A stretch of 63,273 nucleotides of DNA, filler included, from Octopus bimaculoides (Eukaryota): assembly GCF_001194135.2 (NCBI RefSeq). It is 3 parts of 3 records of this genome, joined end to end, with 100 filler letters (N's around TTAATTAATTAA, not from the genome) between each part and the next. Parts side by side here need not be neighbours in the genome. Positions count along the whole stretch, not along the records: positions 1 to 26,125 come from NC_068982.1; 2 more parts are not named here. One strand, given 5' to 3'. Both the position numbers and the translations under genes were made by a program. A model generated the notes under the pieces. That model was not told the origin of the DNA and did no database searches. It saw only the letters and a program-made list of their open reading frames with translations. This document shows, piece by piece, positions 1-13,469 of this stretch. Within the stretch, counting starts at the first letter, position 1; each line of letters begins with the position of its first letter.

Positions 1-1262
1 TTATCCCTCACAACGAGGGGCTGCGTGCACTTAAACGTTTCCTTGACCTCTGACCCAACCCACAACCCGACACCTCTACACTCGTTCATCTGGCCAAACT
101 TGTCCTTTCACTCAACTGCTTCTCGTTCGCAGGTGATTTCTACCAGCAGTCTCGGGAGTGGCCATGGGAACAAGAATGGGTCCCAACTATGTGAACCTGT
201 TCGTTGGCCTATGTTGAGGCACAAATATTCTCAAGTTTTACTGGTCCTACTCATGAACTATATGGCCGTTATATTGACGACTGTATCGGTGCCACCTCAC
301 TCTCCCGCGAACATCTTGACTCGTTCCTCTCTTTTGTCAAATCCTTCCATCCTGCCCTCCACTTCTCCTGCACTATCTCTGACACCTCTGTCCCCTTTCT
401 TGACATTTCGGTCAGCATTCATCACTCCACTCTTACCACCTCCATCCACTACAAACACACAGACTCACACTCTTATCTTAACTTCTCCCCCTCCCACCCT
501 AAACACACCAAGCTTTCCATCCCCTATTCCCAATTCCTCAGTCTACGCAGGCTCTGTAGTGACAGCCATGACTTTGATACTCAGTCTCAACTCATGGCTT
601 GCCACTTCATCCTATGGGGATATCCCCTCACCACCATCCACACCGCCCTTGCCAGAGCACGTTCCGTGGACCGTGCATCTGCTCTCTCCCCCTGAACCCG
701 CTCTGCTGTCTCTTGCCTCCCTTTTCCCCTCACTTACCATCCCACCACCCTACCTCTCCAACGCACCATTCNNNNNNNNNNNNNNNNNNNNNNNNNNNNN
801 NNNNNNNNNNNNNNNNNNNNNNNNNNNNNNNNNNNNNNNNNNNNNNNNNNNNNNNNNNNNNNNNNNNNNNNNNNNNNNNNNNNNNNNNNNNNNNNNNNNN
901 NNNNNNNNNNNNNNNNNNNNNNNNNNNNNNNNNNNNNNNNNNNNTCGAGCTTTCCAGTGCCTCCAGTCCGACCCCTCCACCTCACACATCTTCCCTAACC
1001 GACCCCTCCCCTCCTTCAAATGAGCCCACAACCTACGAGACCTCTTGGTCCACAGCTTCTTCCCCAACCCAACCTCCCAACCTGGCTCGTTCCCTTGCTC
1101 CCGCCCACGCTCCCACACTTGCCCTTACCTCTCCAACACCACCCTCCTCACCGGCACCCATCATCGACCCTATCGCATCACCGACTCCTTCACCTCCACT
1201 TCTACCAACATCAACTATTGCATCTCCTGCTCTCTCTGCCATTCTCTGTACATCGGACTGAA
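1..1262 (+). mobile_element. Penelope-like element (PLE) fragment: RT plus start of GIY-YIG endonuclease, frameshifted
   Basis: Frames give IPHNEGLRALKRFLD, VAMGTRMGPNYVNLFVG, ELYGRYIDDCIG, FLDISV, YKHTDSHSYLNFSPSHPKHTKLSIPYSQFLSLRRLCS (PLE RT and thumb) and FTSTSTNINYCISCSLCHSLYIG (GIY-YIG N-terminus). Truncated near 1262; contains an N gap. Confidence 0.9.
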
Positions 1263-3484
1263 TGTGTTCGTTAAGCTCAGCTAAATGATTTTTCCATCTT
1301 GGGGATGAAAGTTAAGAAAATAATTGCTTCCAAATTGAAAAAAAAACTGTCATGGACAAATAAGAGGGGTCCAACAGGAATGAAAATAAAATTATAAACA
1401 AAATTTATGCACTTTTAACACATTAAACATGATAAACATAAATAAAAGTGAGTTTTGAAAAAAATCACTCAAATCATCATTTATTCTGGGACAACTTGTA
1501 TTTACTCGTCAGACTAAATGGGGGAAGGAACATGGGGGGACTAATTGCAGGTAGCAAGCATAGCTTCCAGAAGGGATCACACGGTCAAACACAAATGGAT
1601 GTGAGTCACAGCATTTAGCAGTTTTTTTTTTATGAACATCTTGCATTATATAGTTCAGACATAGATGACATAGAAAGCAGACATGCTGCCAGTCTATGCT
1701 ATGTTGTGCAGGATTGGAAATGTGAAACATCGACAGGGCACTTCTGGAGAATGGATGAATGGGTTTATTGTGCCTTTACCCAGCTGCACACAGACGCACA
1801 TGGCCCAGTGGTGAATGGAATGGTAACATGAAGCATCAACAGGGCACCGACAAAAATTTTAATATTCTTTTCATTTCCTCTGCCAAATTCGACAAAAAGG
1901 TTTCATAAAATATTATATGATACTTATAATGCATAAGTAGTATCAGTATTTTATCGTTGGAAAATGACCTAAAACAAAAATAAAGCCTAGTGCAGTATAC
2001 TCAGATCTTATTAATCTGCATTTTTGGGGAGCCCATAGTTGGCGTTGGAAATTTTTTTTAGTCAAGAGCCATTTGAGGAGCCTGATTAATGTTTATTGCA
2101 AATTTGGAGGAAAGCGACTGGATACTCTTCAAATTACAGGCCTCAACACTGCAAAAATGCTTTAAAAAATGTGGTTTATCTGCCCCTTGGCCCGCATTAG
2201 GCAAGAAGTTGAAAATTTTTTTGGCCCATCACACTACATGGACCCTATGTAATGTATGTGTAAAATTTCATTAAAATCAGTTGGATGGATTTCAAGTTTT
2301 AATGACATGACAAACACACAGACAGACACACATCCTGTGTTTTATATATATATATATATATATTATTTAGTTTAAAAGAGTTCCAACACTGTCTGTTTTT
2401 TATGTTTTATTTATATTCCTGCAGAACCAATGTGGGGTATAGAATATGGAATATACAATATATAATATAAAATAAAATAAAATAAAAATGGATGGCACCA
2501 TGAAAGAAAGTATTGAATGTAGATGAAATATTGAGTGTTCAATATAAAGGATCAAATATATAAATATATAAATATATAAATATATAAATATAAATATATA
2601 AAGGCGACTCGAGTTTCAGGGCTANNNNNNNNNNNNNNNNNNNNNNNNNNNNNNNNNNNNNNNNNNNNNNNNNNNNNNNNNNNNNNNNNNNNNNNNNNNN
2701 NNNNNNNNNNNNNNNNNNNNNNNNNNNNNNNNNNNNNNNNNNNNNNNNNNNNNNNNNNNNNNNNNNNNNNNNNNNNNNNNNNNNNNNNNNNNNNNNNNNN
2801 NNNNNNNNNNNNNNNNNNNNNNNNNNNNNNNNNNNNNNNNNNNNNNNNNNNNNNNNNNNNNNNNNNNNNNNNNNNNNNNNNNNNNNNNNNNNNNNNNNNN
2901 NNNNNNNNNNNNNNNNNNNNNNNNNNNNNNNNNNNNNNNNNNNNNNNNNNNNNNNNNNNNNNNNNNNNNNNNNNNNNNNNNNNNNNNNNNNNNNNNNNNN
3001 NNNNNNNNNNNNNNNNNNNNNNNNNNNNNNNNNNNNNNNNNNNNNNNNNNNNNNNNNNNNNNNNNNNNNNNNNNNNNNNNNNNNNNNNNNNNNNNNNNNN
3101 NNNNNNNNNNNNNNNNNNNNNNNNNNNNNNNNNNNNNNNNNNNNNNNNNNNNNNNNNNNNNNNNNNNNNNNNNNNNNNNNNNNNNNNNNNNNNNNNNNNN
3201 NNNNNNNNNNNNNNNNNNNNNNNNNNNNNNNNNNNNNNNNNNNNNNNNNNNNNNNNNNNNNNNNNNNNNNNNNNNNNNNNNNNNNNNNNNNNNNNNNNNN
3301 NNNNNNNNNNNNNNNNNNNNNNNNNNNNNNNNNNNNNNNNNNNNNNNNNNNNNNNNNNNNNNNNNNNNNNNNNNNNNNNNNNNNNNNNNNNNNNNNNNNN
3401 NNNNNNNNNNNNNNNNNNNNNNNNNNNNNNNNNNNNNNNNNNNNNNNNNNNNNNNNNNNNNNNNNNNNNNNNNNNNNNNNNNNN

Positions 3485-3760
3485 TGTCTCTTACTGAGAG
3501 TTATATTTTGATCTGTAATGATATTTCTCAATTCCTTACTTTGTGCAAGGATCGGTAAGTTCGCTTTGGCGATATTAAAGATGTTCTGGTGGCATGGATT
3601 TTGTGTCACTATAAATGGAATGATCTTTTCCTGTTTGTCTTTTCTTTGCGGTGTCCTCAGTTGTTGTATGGGTAATTTTTCTCGTCTGGCTGTAAAGCCT
3701 TTTCTGTTTGTTTTCCTGTCTTGTTTTTTGTCTGCCACTACATTCCTCCATGGCAAGATT
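3485..3760 (-). mobile_element. PLE fragment (linker between RT and GIY-YIG)
   Basis: KIIPFIVTQNPCHQNIFNIAKANLPILAQSKELRNI parallels LPFITTHNPRNPEVYNIIHQNIPLLRQDPRMKQ in the PLE at 6571-7008. Ends at an N gap. Confidence 0.7.
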
Positions 3761-4028
3761 TAATTCGCGTATACAAATTTAATCTGCGGTCCATGGGATG
3801 AGCCATTTTAACGATGCGTCCTGCCCAAGCTCTTTGAAACGCCGGTGTTAAAACGTGGGTAGCTGATGAAGTAGAATGTTCTCTATGTGGCTTGTGTGTT
3901 TTCTCGTCTACGTTTTGTTTGCAATGTCCTGTACTCAGATATGCACCTATACATACAGGTGGATGTTGGTATGCACATACCTGTACGTATATATGCATAT
4001 ACTCATTTACTATTTGTTTTTATATATG

Positions 4029-4128
4029 AGCCTGGTGTAGCCATCCAGCTGCACCAGTCCTCAGTCAAATCGTCCAACCCATGCTAGCATGGAAAGCGGA
4101 CGTTAAACGATGATGATGATGATGATGA
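4029..4128 (+). mobile_element. SINE 3' end with (GAT)n tail
   Basis: CCAGTCCTCAGTCAAATCGTCCAACCCATGCTAGCATGGAAAGCGGACGTTAAACGATGATG recurs at about 11915-11980 and 25468-25530. Confidence 0.85.
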
Positions 4129-5737
4129 TATATATATATAGATAGATAGATAGATATAATATATATAAATATAGCGAAATAAGTAAATATATAATCCAAT
4201 ATATTTTGAATTATTATACTTTTTCTATAAATCTTCTCTATTGGTGTTAATAAGCTAAATATACTTTACTGTAGCATTAGTAATTAAGCTATTTTATTTC
4301 TATGGTATTCTGCCCTAATTGATTATTTTATTTTGTTTCTTTATTAATTTATAATTAGCCTTTATTTATTCATAAAAAAATTAAGCTAATCTTTGTATCT
4401 CTATAAATTCATACTTAGCTTATATAAATCTATACTGGTATATTCACTACATATAAAAAAACTGCTTAGAATATAATTTTATTAATATATAATTAGCATG
4501 TTCTTTTACCTCAATACTCCTTTATTAATACCAGTATATACCTATTAATCAATATTCACAGATACCATTTGATGAGTTAGTATTTAAGTGTACAATATGT
4601 ATAAATATTAAACTATTTCTGAATAATTTCTTTTCCTCCCTCTATAGTGGTAAAAGTTTGGTATATGCTCAAAAGTATCCATAAATTTCTATCCTTTTGT
4701 TTATATATTCTTTTTAATAACCCTCTGAATAGCCATAAACTTTATCTGTATACAATATACCAACATTATTTTAAAACATTTAACTATAGTACTACATGAT
4801 AAGACTTCCTCTGCTTCGTTATCAATGGTCTGCTTGTGGGCGACCCAACTTAGTTGTCAGCCAACATCTTGTTTTAAGTTTTCCTTTACCAAACCTCATG
4901 ATTTTTATGATTTCTGTCTGCTCTCTCAACCCTAACAGATAATGTCCTTTATTCTCTCAGCCTTAGATATACAAGGTTTGATAAACTAGTCTATAGATTA
5001 AAACTAACCCCATAAAAAAAACCAAATAAAATCAGTGACAGGCAGAGTCTTCTTGACAACTTATTTATTAAGTTCTATGTTCTTTGTCTATCTCCTTAAC
5101 TTCTTATATACTTTTCTTTGGTTCTGGCTCATTTGTTCTCTCCTTTGCTGATTTCTTTCCCTCCTATGCTGTAGGATATGCTTCCTCTCCTCTTGGCTTA
5201 TTTCGTTTCTTCTCTGCCTCATCCTCGCATGATTTTGATTCCTTATTTCCTCCCACTGTTCCTCATGCAACTGTTCTCATACTGTGTCCTTCATGTGATT
5301 ATCCATATTTTGAAATTTGCTATTAAAACAATAAATCTCCAAAATGATTCAGTGTTTCAATTGAAAAGCATATAAGAATGTATTAGACATTTTTTGCTTA
5401 AAAGGTGAAAATATTTCTGAAGTACTTACCTAATATGCAAGGACACTTCCTCTCTCCTTTGCTCGACACACATCAAATTTAATTATCTTAATTCTCTCAC
5501 TAAGATCGTTGCTAATTCGGTGGTCCAGTAGGCATGGGTATTGAGAATTAGTAATACAACACATAGGTAGTGGTCTCAAATCTCTTCCAGAAATTACAAG
5601 AGACTTAGTTAAAAAATTTTATTCAAGCAACAAAATTTCATTCAACAATTTCTTAAGTATGTACAAAAAACAAATTGGTGTATTAATATTATTGATAGAA
5701 AACAAAGTTATTTTATTCCACAAGGGTAGAAATATAA

Positions 5738-8700
5738 GAAAGATAGAAGTTAAAACTGCACTGAGAATAGTTAAAATATTTAAAGATTGAACTGGTTTCA
5801 CAGTTTACATTGATTTTTAAAAATTTGAAATAGAAAGACGTGGCTTATGTCACAGCTGTTTCGCTCCTGACTAGTGTTTGGAGCTTGCCATATTTTTATA
5901 GGAAGTTTATGGCTCAAATTAGTATATGTTTAAAATAGGGTTTGATTGGTAGGAGATAGTCACATGACTGGTCTTAGAAGTTTTTGCATGTTCCCTGCTA
6001 TATTCCTGTGTTAGTATCTGTTCTTGTGACAATGTTTAGTGTCATAAGTTAAGGCTGATATGGTTGACTGAACAAGTCTAGTGGCAGCACTAAACAATCA
6101 ATGCTTTGAATGTTTTCTGTCAAGTGTTTGTAGAGAATGAGCATGTGATTAAGTTTAGAACCTTGTGTACGTTTCCCACTATGCCCGTGCATTAGTGTCA
6201 CTTGGCAGTATATTTTGTTCCTAAAATGAAGGCTGACATGGATGAGTGAACATGTTTAGTCACAATCAAGGCACTCCAAATTTAATCTACCTGATTGGAG
6301 ATTAGACAGGTGTCACTTGTATGTAGTCTAGTGGCTAAAGTTTAGGTTGTCAGCTGTGTAGGTTCCTCATTTTAAGTGACAGAATGAACTTTGTGTGTGA
6401 ATAGTTATTTGTGTATGTACTTCGTTAAATCTTGGGTTTGTACTTTTGTATGAAAGTATTCTCTTTGTTTATCCATGCTTCATCTGTGGTATTCACTCAC
6501 TGAACAGGGATTTATTTTTTGCACAAGTGTCTATGTGTCCACTCAGTGGAATCTGTCTAGTACTGGAGTCTCATATTTGTTGTCGGTGAATGGTCAGTCT
6601 ATTTCTTAGAGTAAGCTTTGTTTGACCTATGTAATCTTCATTACATCCTTGACATTTCATAGCATATATTAAATCCCTTGAAAAGCATGTAAAGTGATTT
6701 TTTATGGTAAAAATCTGTCTTGATTCAAATTTGTATGTTGTGTCTTCAATAAGATTGATGGAAGTCCCACAACTGGGACGGCCACACTTTTTGACTGTTG
6801 GTGTAGGAGTTGTGGAAGGTAATTTAGCACTTGTGGTGAATGCTTTGAGAGACTTTGAATGTCTTTTACTTTTGATTATTTTATGTATTTTGAATGCTTG
6901 TTTCATTCTTGGGTCTTGTCTTAGTAGTGGAATGTTCTGGTGGATAATATTGTAAACCTCTGGGTTTCTTGGGTTGTGTGTTGTAATAAAGGGTAGATTA
7001 TTGAGCATTTTCCGTCGTTCTTTGATATTTATTGCTTTGGCACATTCTATTCCATTGTCTGTTAAGTTTAATGGATATTATCTTTTAAATAATATTTGTT
7101 TTAGTTCCTGGAGTCTTTTATAGTGAGTTTCAGAGTTTGAGACAATTGTGCAGATTCTTCTTGCTAGATTAAAGGGGATATTATTATTCGTGTGTTTGGA
7201 ATGGCATGAGGAGAACAGTAAGTATTGTTTAGAATCTGTTTGTAGTGAATGTCTGTTTCAATGCTTTTATCTCTTTTGATGATTAGTATGTCCAAGAATG
7301 GTAGTTGAGTTTTATTGTATCCCATGGTGAAGTTTATATGATTGTTTATGCTGTTGGTTAGGTTTTTGAAATCTATAAGTTGTTCAACTGTGTGCATCCA
7401 CAGGACTATGCAGTCATTTATGTAACATTTCCAGTTTTCTAATAGAAATTTGTGGAAGTTCAAGCCATATTTTAATTTTGATTCTTCATATATCTGGATC
7501 TTCATGTAAGCCATGACTAGATTGGTGTAAGTCGGAGCAACTTTTATTCCGATTGCAGTCCCAGATATTTGTTTGTAAATATTACCATCGAAGTAAAAAA
7601 AAGTTGTTTTCAAGGATATACTTTAATCCTTCAATGATGAAACTTTTTTCAGTTCTGTCTAGAATTTCGTGAGGGAATTTCTCAAGCCAGAAATTTATTG
7701 TCTCTAGTCCATATTGGTGTGGGATTGTGGTATATAGGTTTACCACATTGAAAGATACGATGGTGGTATCATTGTTTATGGATTTTGGGAAGTGGTTTAA
7801 CAAGTTCAGATCATCCCTTACAAGACTTACTGTGTATTTTAAAATAAGTTTCAGTAATATATCTAAAAAGCTGCTGAGTCTGTGTGTTTCACAGTTTGGG
7901 CCTGCTATAAATGGTCTAAATTTAAGGTTGGTGAGGTGTTGTATGTTTATGCAACTTGAAGTTGGTTCTCTACATGCATTCATAATAGTTTGATTCTTAT
8001 GGATTTTGGGGAGACTGTAGAAGTAGCTAGTCTTGCAATCAAAATGGGTTAGGCTGTCACATTCTTTGCTTGTTAAACCTTTTTGATGTCTGTGAACGAG
8101 TGTGTTCAGTTTAATCTTCGATTTTTGGTAATTATTTACCTTTTCATAGTAGGTCATATCTAGTAATATAGATAGTATATCTCTTTTGTAGTGTTCAATA
8201 TCCATAATAATTATAGCACTTCCCTTATCTGCTTCCTTAATTATTATGTCGTTATTGTTTTTCAGTTCATGTATAATATTTCATTCCTTTTAAATGGTAT
8301 TGAGCTTGATTTTAGGGTGTGGAAGTTCTGGAAGTTCTTTGTAAGGGAAGCTAGATATAAAGTCACAGAATTTGTTTGAAGCTTTATTCTTACCTTTCAT
8401 AGGCTTGTAATTGCCCTTGTTTCTTACAATTGATCTGTCCCTGTTTTCTTTATTGTACAATTCCTCTGTTAGGTATAGTTTTTCTGCAGAACTGTGAAAT
8501 ATCATTCTGTATTTCATTGGAGTTAGGGTGCTGTGGTGTTGAGATGAATTATAGGCTTTTTGACAAAATATCAATTTCTTCTACTGAGAGAGTTTTTTGG
8601 ATAGCTTAATCATCTTCAGTTTCTCATCTCCAGTTTGTACCATCTGGTTTCAAGAACTCTGTCGGTTGGATCTAAAAAGATGATTTTTCAAGGTTTTCTT

Positions 8701-9620
8701 GTTATTACTATTTATATATCCAATGACATTTTCTCTGTTAACTTGTCCTCTTTGTATCAATTTTGTACATTTGTTGTTCTAGATTGTGGTTGTTTCTCTC
8801 TGTAATTGTTTTTTAAGTTGATATTTTTTATCCATTATGTATATCTTTGGTTTTGGGGAAAGTTCAGTCCAGTTGGATGGAAAACTTTGATTCTTTTAGT
8901 TGGATTATTTTATTGTTAAAGTAGTCTTGAATTGTCTTTATGAAATTGGTGAATACAGTTTCCCTTTTTAGGTATTTGATTAATCGGTTGCGAATGGCAT
9001 TTGTGGATTTTAACTTTCTGTAGAAAGGAGTTCTCGGTAGAGTGCTTATTTTTAAAGTGAGATTCATAATTGGAGAACCAAAGAGTACTTCTCTCCCACT
9101 TTTGAAGAGATGTTAATTCCTCATTTTCAAATTTTTCTCTCCAAAGTTTAATATTGTTTTCTTGACCTTTGGATGTTTCTGAAATTTCTGTTTGCATTTG
9201 TGCATCAATTGTTTTAAATTTTTCTTTGTTGGAATTTGCTCTTAGCTCTAATAGCTGGATTTCCATTTTGAATTTGTCAAGAGCTATCTATTCTCTAAGT
9301 TTTTGTTGTTGTTCGGGTTCATTTGCGATAGGTTTTATTTGTAGTTTCTTTGGGAGGATGATCGGTGTTGAATTGAGTCATTTTTCATATATTTTCGCTT
9401 TGCCAATATTTTTAATAAAGTTCCAAAAGGCAAATTTACGGGCTGTGAGATTTTGGTTTCAAATATATTTAATGGTGCTTTCAAATGCAGAAGTTTCTAA
9501 TTGCAGGTTGCTGTTGTAGGTTTCTGGAGCATCTCTGTTTCTATAGTTTTACATAACTGGTTTGGATGACTGCCATTTCTTCCATTTTTCTTCCATTTTA
9601 AAGTATTTCCTTAGTGTAGG
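5738..9620 (-). mobile_element. Near full-length degenerate Penelope-like element (RT + GIY-YIG)
   Basis: ORF pieces: FYSLPKIHK...LKFRPFIAGPNCETHRLSSFLDILLK, VSFNVVNLYTTIPH, YKQISGTAIGIKVAPTYTNLVM, WKCYINDC (YIDD equivalent), LPFLDILI, CGRPSCGT...FTCFSRDLIYAMKCQGCNEDYIGQT (GIY-YIG). Many stops and frameshifts. Confidence 0.95.
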
Positions 9621-9726
9621 TCTGTATCTTATCAATTTTGTTGGATAAGACTATGAGTTTGGAGATCTCTTTCAATTCTTTTAATATTTCATAGTTCAAT
9701 GTGTTTTTGCTTTGCTTGGGTTTTTG

Positions 9727-10815
9727 TCTTATTGAAGACACAACATACAAATTCAAATCAGGACATATTTTTACTATAAAAAAATCACTTTACATGTTCT
9801 TCAAGGGATTTAATATACACTATCAAATGTCAAGGATGTAATGAAGATTACATAGGTCAAACAAAGCTTACTCTAAGAAATAGACTAACCATTCACCGAC
9901 AACAAATATGAGACCCCAGTACTAGACAGATTCCACTGAATGGACACATAGACATATGTGCAAAAAATAAATCCCCCAAATTCTAGGTCTTCCCACTCTA
10001 CTTATGTTCTGTGAATACCACAGAAGTATGGATAAATAAAGGGAATGCTTTCATACAAAAGTACAAACCTAAACTGAACAAACTTTAACAAAGTACATAC
10101 ACAAATAACTATTCACACACAAAGCTCATTCTACCACATAACATGAGGAACCTACACAGCTAACAACCTAAACTTTAGCCACTAGACTACATACAAATGA
10201 CACATGTCTAATCTCCAACCAGATAGATTAAATTTGGAGTGCTTTGATTGTAACTAAACATGTTCACTCATCCATGTCAGCCTTCATTTTAGGAACAAAA
10301 TATACTGCCAAGTGACACTAATGCACGGGCATAGTGGGAAACGTACACAAGGTTCTAAACTTAATCACATGTTCATTCTCTACAAACACTTGACAGAAAA
10401 CATTCAAAGAATTGATTGTTTAGTGCTACTTGTTCAGTCATCCGTATCAGCCTTAACTTATGACACTAAGACACAAACATACTGGGGAACCTGCAAAAAT
10501 ATGACACTAAGACACAAACATACTGGGGAACCTACAAAAATTTCTGAGACCAGTCATGTGACTATCCTCTACTTATCAAACTCTATTCAAAACATATACT
10601 AATTTGAGCCATGAACTCCCTATAGAAATTGGGCAAACTCCAAATGCTAGTCAGAGACAAATGCTAGTCAGAGACAAATGCTAGTCAGAGACAAATGCTA
10701 GTCAGAGACAAACAAATTTTTAACGATCAGCGTAAACTGTGAAACTGGATCAATTTTTAAATATGATAATAAAAATGTTTTAACTATGCTCAGTGTATTT
10801 TCAACTTCTATTTTT
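9727..10815 (+). repeat. Inverted copy of the PLE 3' end (inverted pseudo-LTR)
   Basis: Reverse complement of about 5738-6753. For example, 9831-9900 CAAGGATGTAATGAAGATTACATAGGTCAAACAAAGCTTACTCTAAGAAATAGAC matches 6598-6652. Diverged, with indels. Confidence 0.95.
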
Positions 10816-10865
<50 letters not shown>

Positions 10866-11567
10866 CAGATCATTAGTAATATATTTAACAGAAAAGGTGT
10901 TTCTCTGTATGTCCTGTCATGCATGCCCAGTGATACACATTAACCAGTTATAGTATTTTCGAAACCAGAGTACATGTTTATGGGCATGCCCAAAGACAAA
11001 AATTATCATGAACGCTATTTGAAATTTTTACTTTGTGTACCAATCTTACGATCTATTCATACAATTTGATTTGCTTTTGTGATATAAGAATCTAGACATA
11101 TTTATTGTATAATGTTCACTCTATGTTGAATATTACGAATATACAAAAAACACACATTTTCAAATTTCACCCCCACCCAATTTAAAATTTTGAATTTGTT
11201 TACCTTAAAGAGATCGTAGCAAATTGTTGAACATATGCAAATTGAAATTAAATATAGACAAACACATTAAAGTGAAAAGAATTTGCGTTTTATTTGTGTT
11301 TGCCTTAAATAATTGTAAATAATAATCAAATGTAAATTAAATATACACCATTTTATGAGAAACAAATATTAATATGTTTAATAATTACTGTTATAAAATT
11401 TATGGGGCTCCAGTTCCCCCCTTCCCCAATTTTAAATTGTGAACTTTTTCATCCATTTATTTGTCTGCCTATTTATCCCTATCCGTTTATTCCTATCTTT
11501 CTATCTATCTATCTATCTATCCTTATCCATTTATTTATATCTATCTGTGTCTATCTATCTATCTATC

Positions 11568-11614
<47 letters not shown>

Positions 11615-11625
11615 GGAAATATGCT

Positions 11626-11982
11626 GTGCTTGAGAAGACCTGGCAAGCCAAGTGAGACCTAAATCCAAGGCCTCTGCCAGGGGTCTAGCCAGCCCACTTA
11701 TGCATACCTTCCTTCATTGGACACTAAACTCCGCTTGCGAAGACCTGTTAAGACAAGTGAAATCAAAATNNNNNNNNNNTGACTGACTGACCTTCGTGCC
11801 GGTGGGACATAAAAGCACCCACTACACTCTCGGAGTGGTTGGTGTTAGGAAGGGCATCCAGCTGTAGAAACTCTGCCAAATCAGATTAGAGCCCGGTGTA
11901 GCCATCTGGTTCACCAGTCCTCAGTCAAATCGTCCAACCCATGCTAGCATGGAAAGCGGATGTTAAACGATGATGATGATGT
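11626..11982 (+). mobile_element. SINE with (GAT)n tail, spans a small N gap
   Basis: Same body and tail as 4029-4128 and 25362-25530. Confidence 0.85.
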
Positions 11983-12016
11983 TATATATATATATATATG
12001 TGTATGTGTGTGTGTG

Positions 12017-12090
<74 letters not shown>

Positions 12091-13469
12091 AGAAAGTTGG
12101 TATGTGAAAGCACGTGGTTCGATGTATAAAAGATAAACAAGAGTGAAAAAACTACAGAAGGCTTGTGTTACATGGTTAAAGTATATATTTAAATTGTTAT
12201 GTCAGAAAAATGTTATAAAATTTTGGGTATAAATTTTGGTTTAGAAGGAATAGTATGTTAGGTTTTGTTAACATACTATTCCTTCTAAACCAAACCATGG
12301 TAAATCAATCAAAATCTACCACCTCCTACATTTCGATTATCTCCCTTATACCGGAAGAAATCCCTGATTACTTCCCCCTATCTAGAACTCTTTTTTACAC
12401 ACGGGAGCGAAGACATGTTACGATACAAGTAGAGAAATTTGAAAAGACAACACGAAACCGGTTATTTCTCCAAATACAATGTTTATATACCCAAAATTTT
12501 ATAACATTTTTCTGACATAACAATTTAAATATATACTTTAACCATGTAACACAAGCCTTCTGTAGTTTTTTCACTNNNNNNNNNNNNNNNNNNNNNNNNN
12601 NNNNNNNNNNNNNNNNNNNNNNNNNNNNNNNNNNNNNNNNNNNNNNNNNNNNNNNNNNNNNNNNNNNNNNNNNNNNNNNNNNNNNNNNNNNNNNNNNNNN
12701 NNNNNNNNNNNNNNNNNNNNNNNNNNNNNNNNNNNNNNNNNNNNNNNNNNNNNNNNNNNNNNNNNNNNNNNNNNNNNNNNNNNNNNNNNNNNNNNNNNNN
12801 NNNNNNNNNNNNNNNNNNNNNNNNNNNNNNNNNNNNNNNNNNNNNNNNNNNNNNNNNNNNNNNNNNNNNNNNNNNNNNNNNNNNNNNNNNNNNNNNNNNN
12901 NNNNNNNNNNNNNNNNNNNNNNNNNNNNNNNNNNAGGAGAGGCTGGTGAAATTTGAAAAATTTTTAATTTGGTGGAAGGAGAGTTTGAGGTGGGGATTTT
13001 AAATCTGGAAAAGGTGGTTTAAAAAAAAAAATTCCGAAAAAGTTCAAAATTTTAAATTGGGGGTGGGTGGGGTGAAGTTCGAAAAGGTGTTTTTTCTTTG
13101 CCTATTTGTAATCTCTGACATCTCAGACATTGGAATCCCAAAAAAGTTTTTTTAAAAAATGCATTTTTCTGCATTAGCCTCAATTTTTCTAAATACATAA
13201 GACGTTTTTTTTTATGTTGAAGTTGGTTTGATATGTATTTCATCCATGAAACCTAGGGTTGCTATTTTTCACAGGGGTTATTATGGTTTCTTTACATTAT
13301 ATGTGTATGTATATATCTATAGTAATTGTTTGTGTATTCTTAAATGGCTTACAATCATGCTCCACGCTGCAGTTGTTTTTGTTTCAGTGCACAATCTCAG
13401 ATCAAGTCACTTGCTATGCAAGTACATCTCCGTAATTTAATTTTCATTTATGTCAGAATTTTTGTTGCT

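Noticed and set aside
2539-3756. Long ORFs spanning N gaps, also 47947-48453 and 61842-62936
   Set aside because: Their length comes from X residues.
3790-3890. GAAAC...CTGATGA as a type II hammerhead, also at 26318-26350
   Set aside because: Stems I and II do not pair convincingly and the cleavage triplet is wrong in the first copy.
5088-5270. R/E/Q-rich 60 aa ORF resembling a Helitron N-terminus
   Set aside because: Low-complexity similarity only, flanked by stops, with no zinc finger or Rep motif following.
10644-10711. 17 bp unit repeated four times, and 21 bp twice at about 28127-28167, as CRISPR-like arrays
   Set aside because: Head-to-tail repeats without spacers in a eukaryotic genome, with no cas genes.
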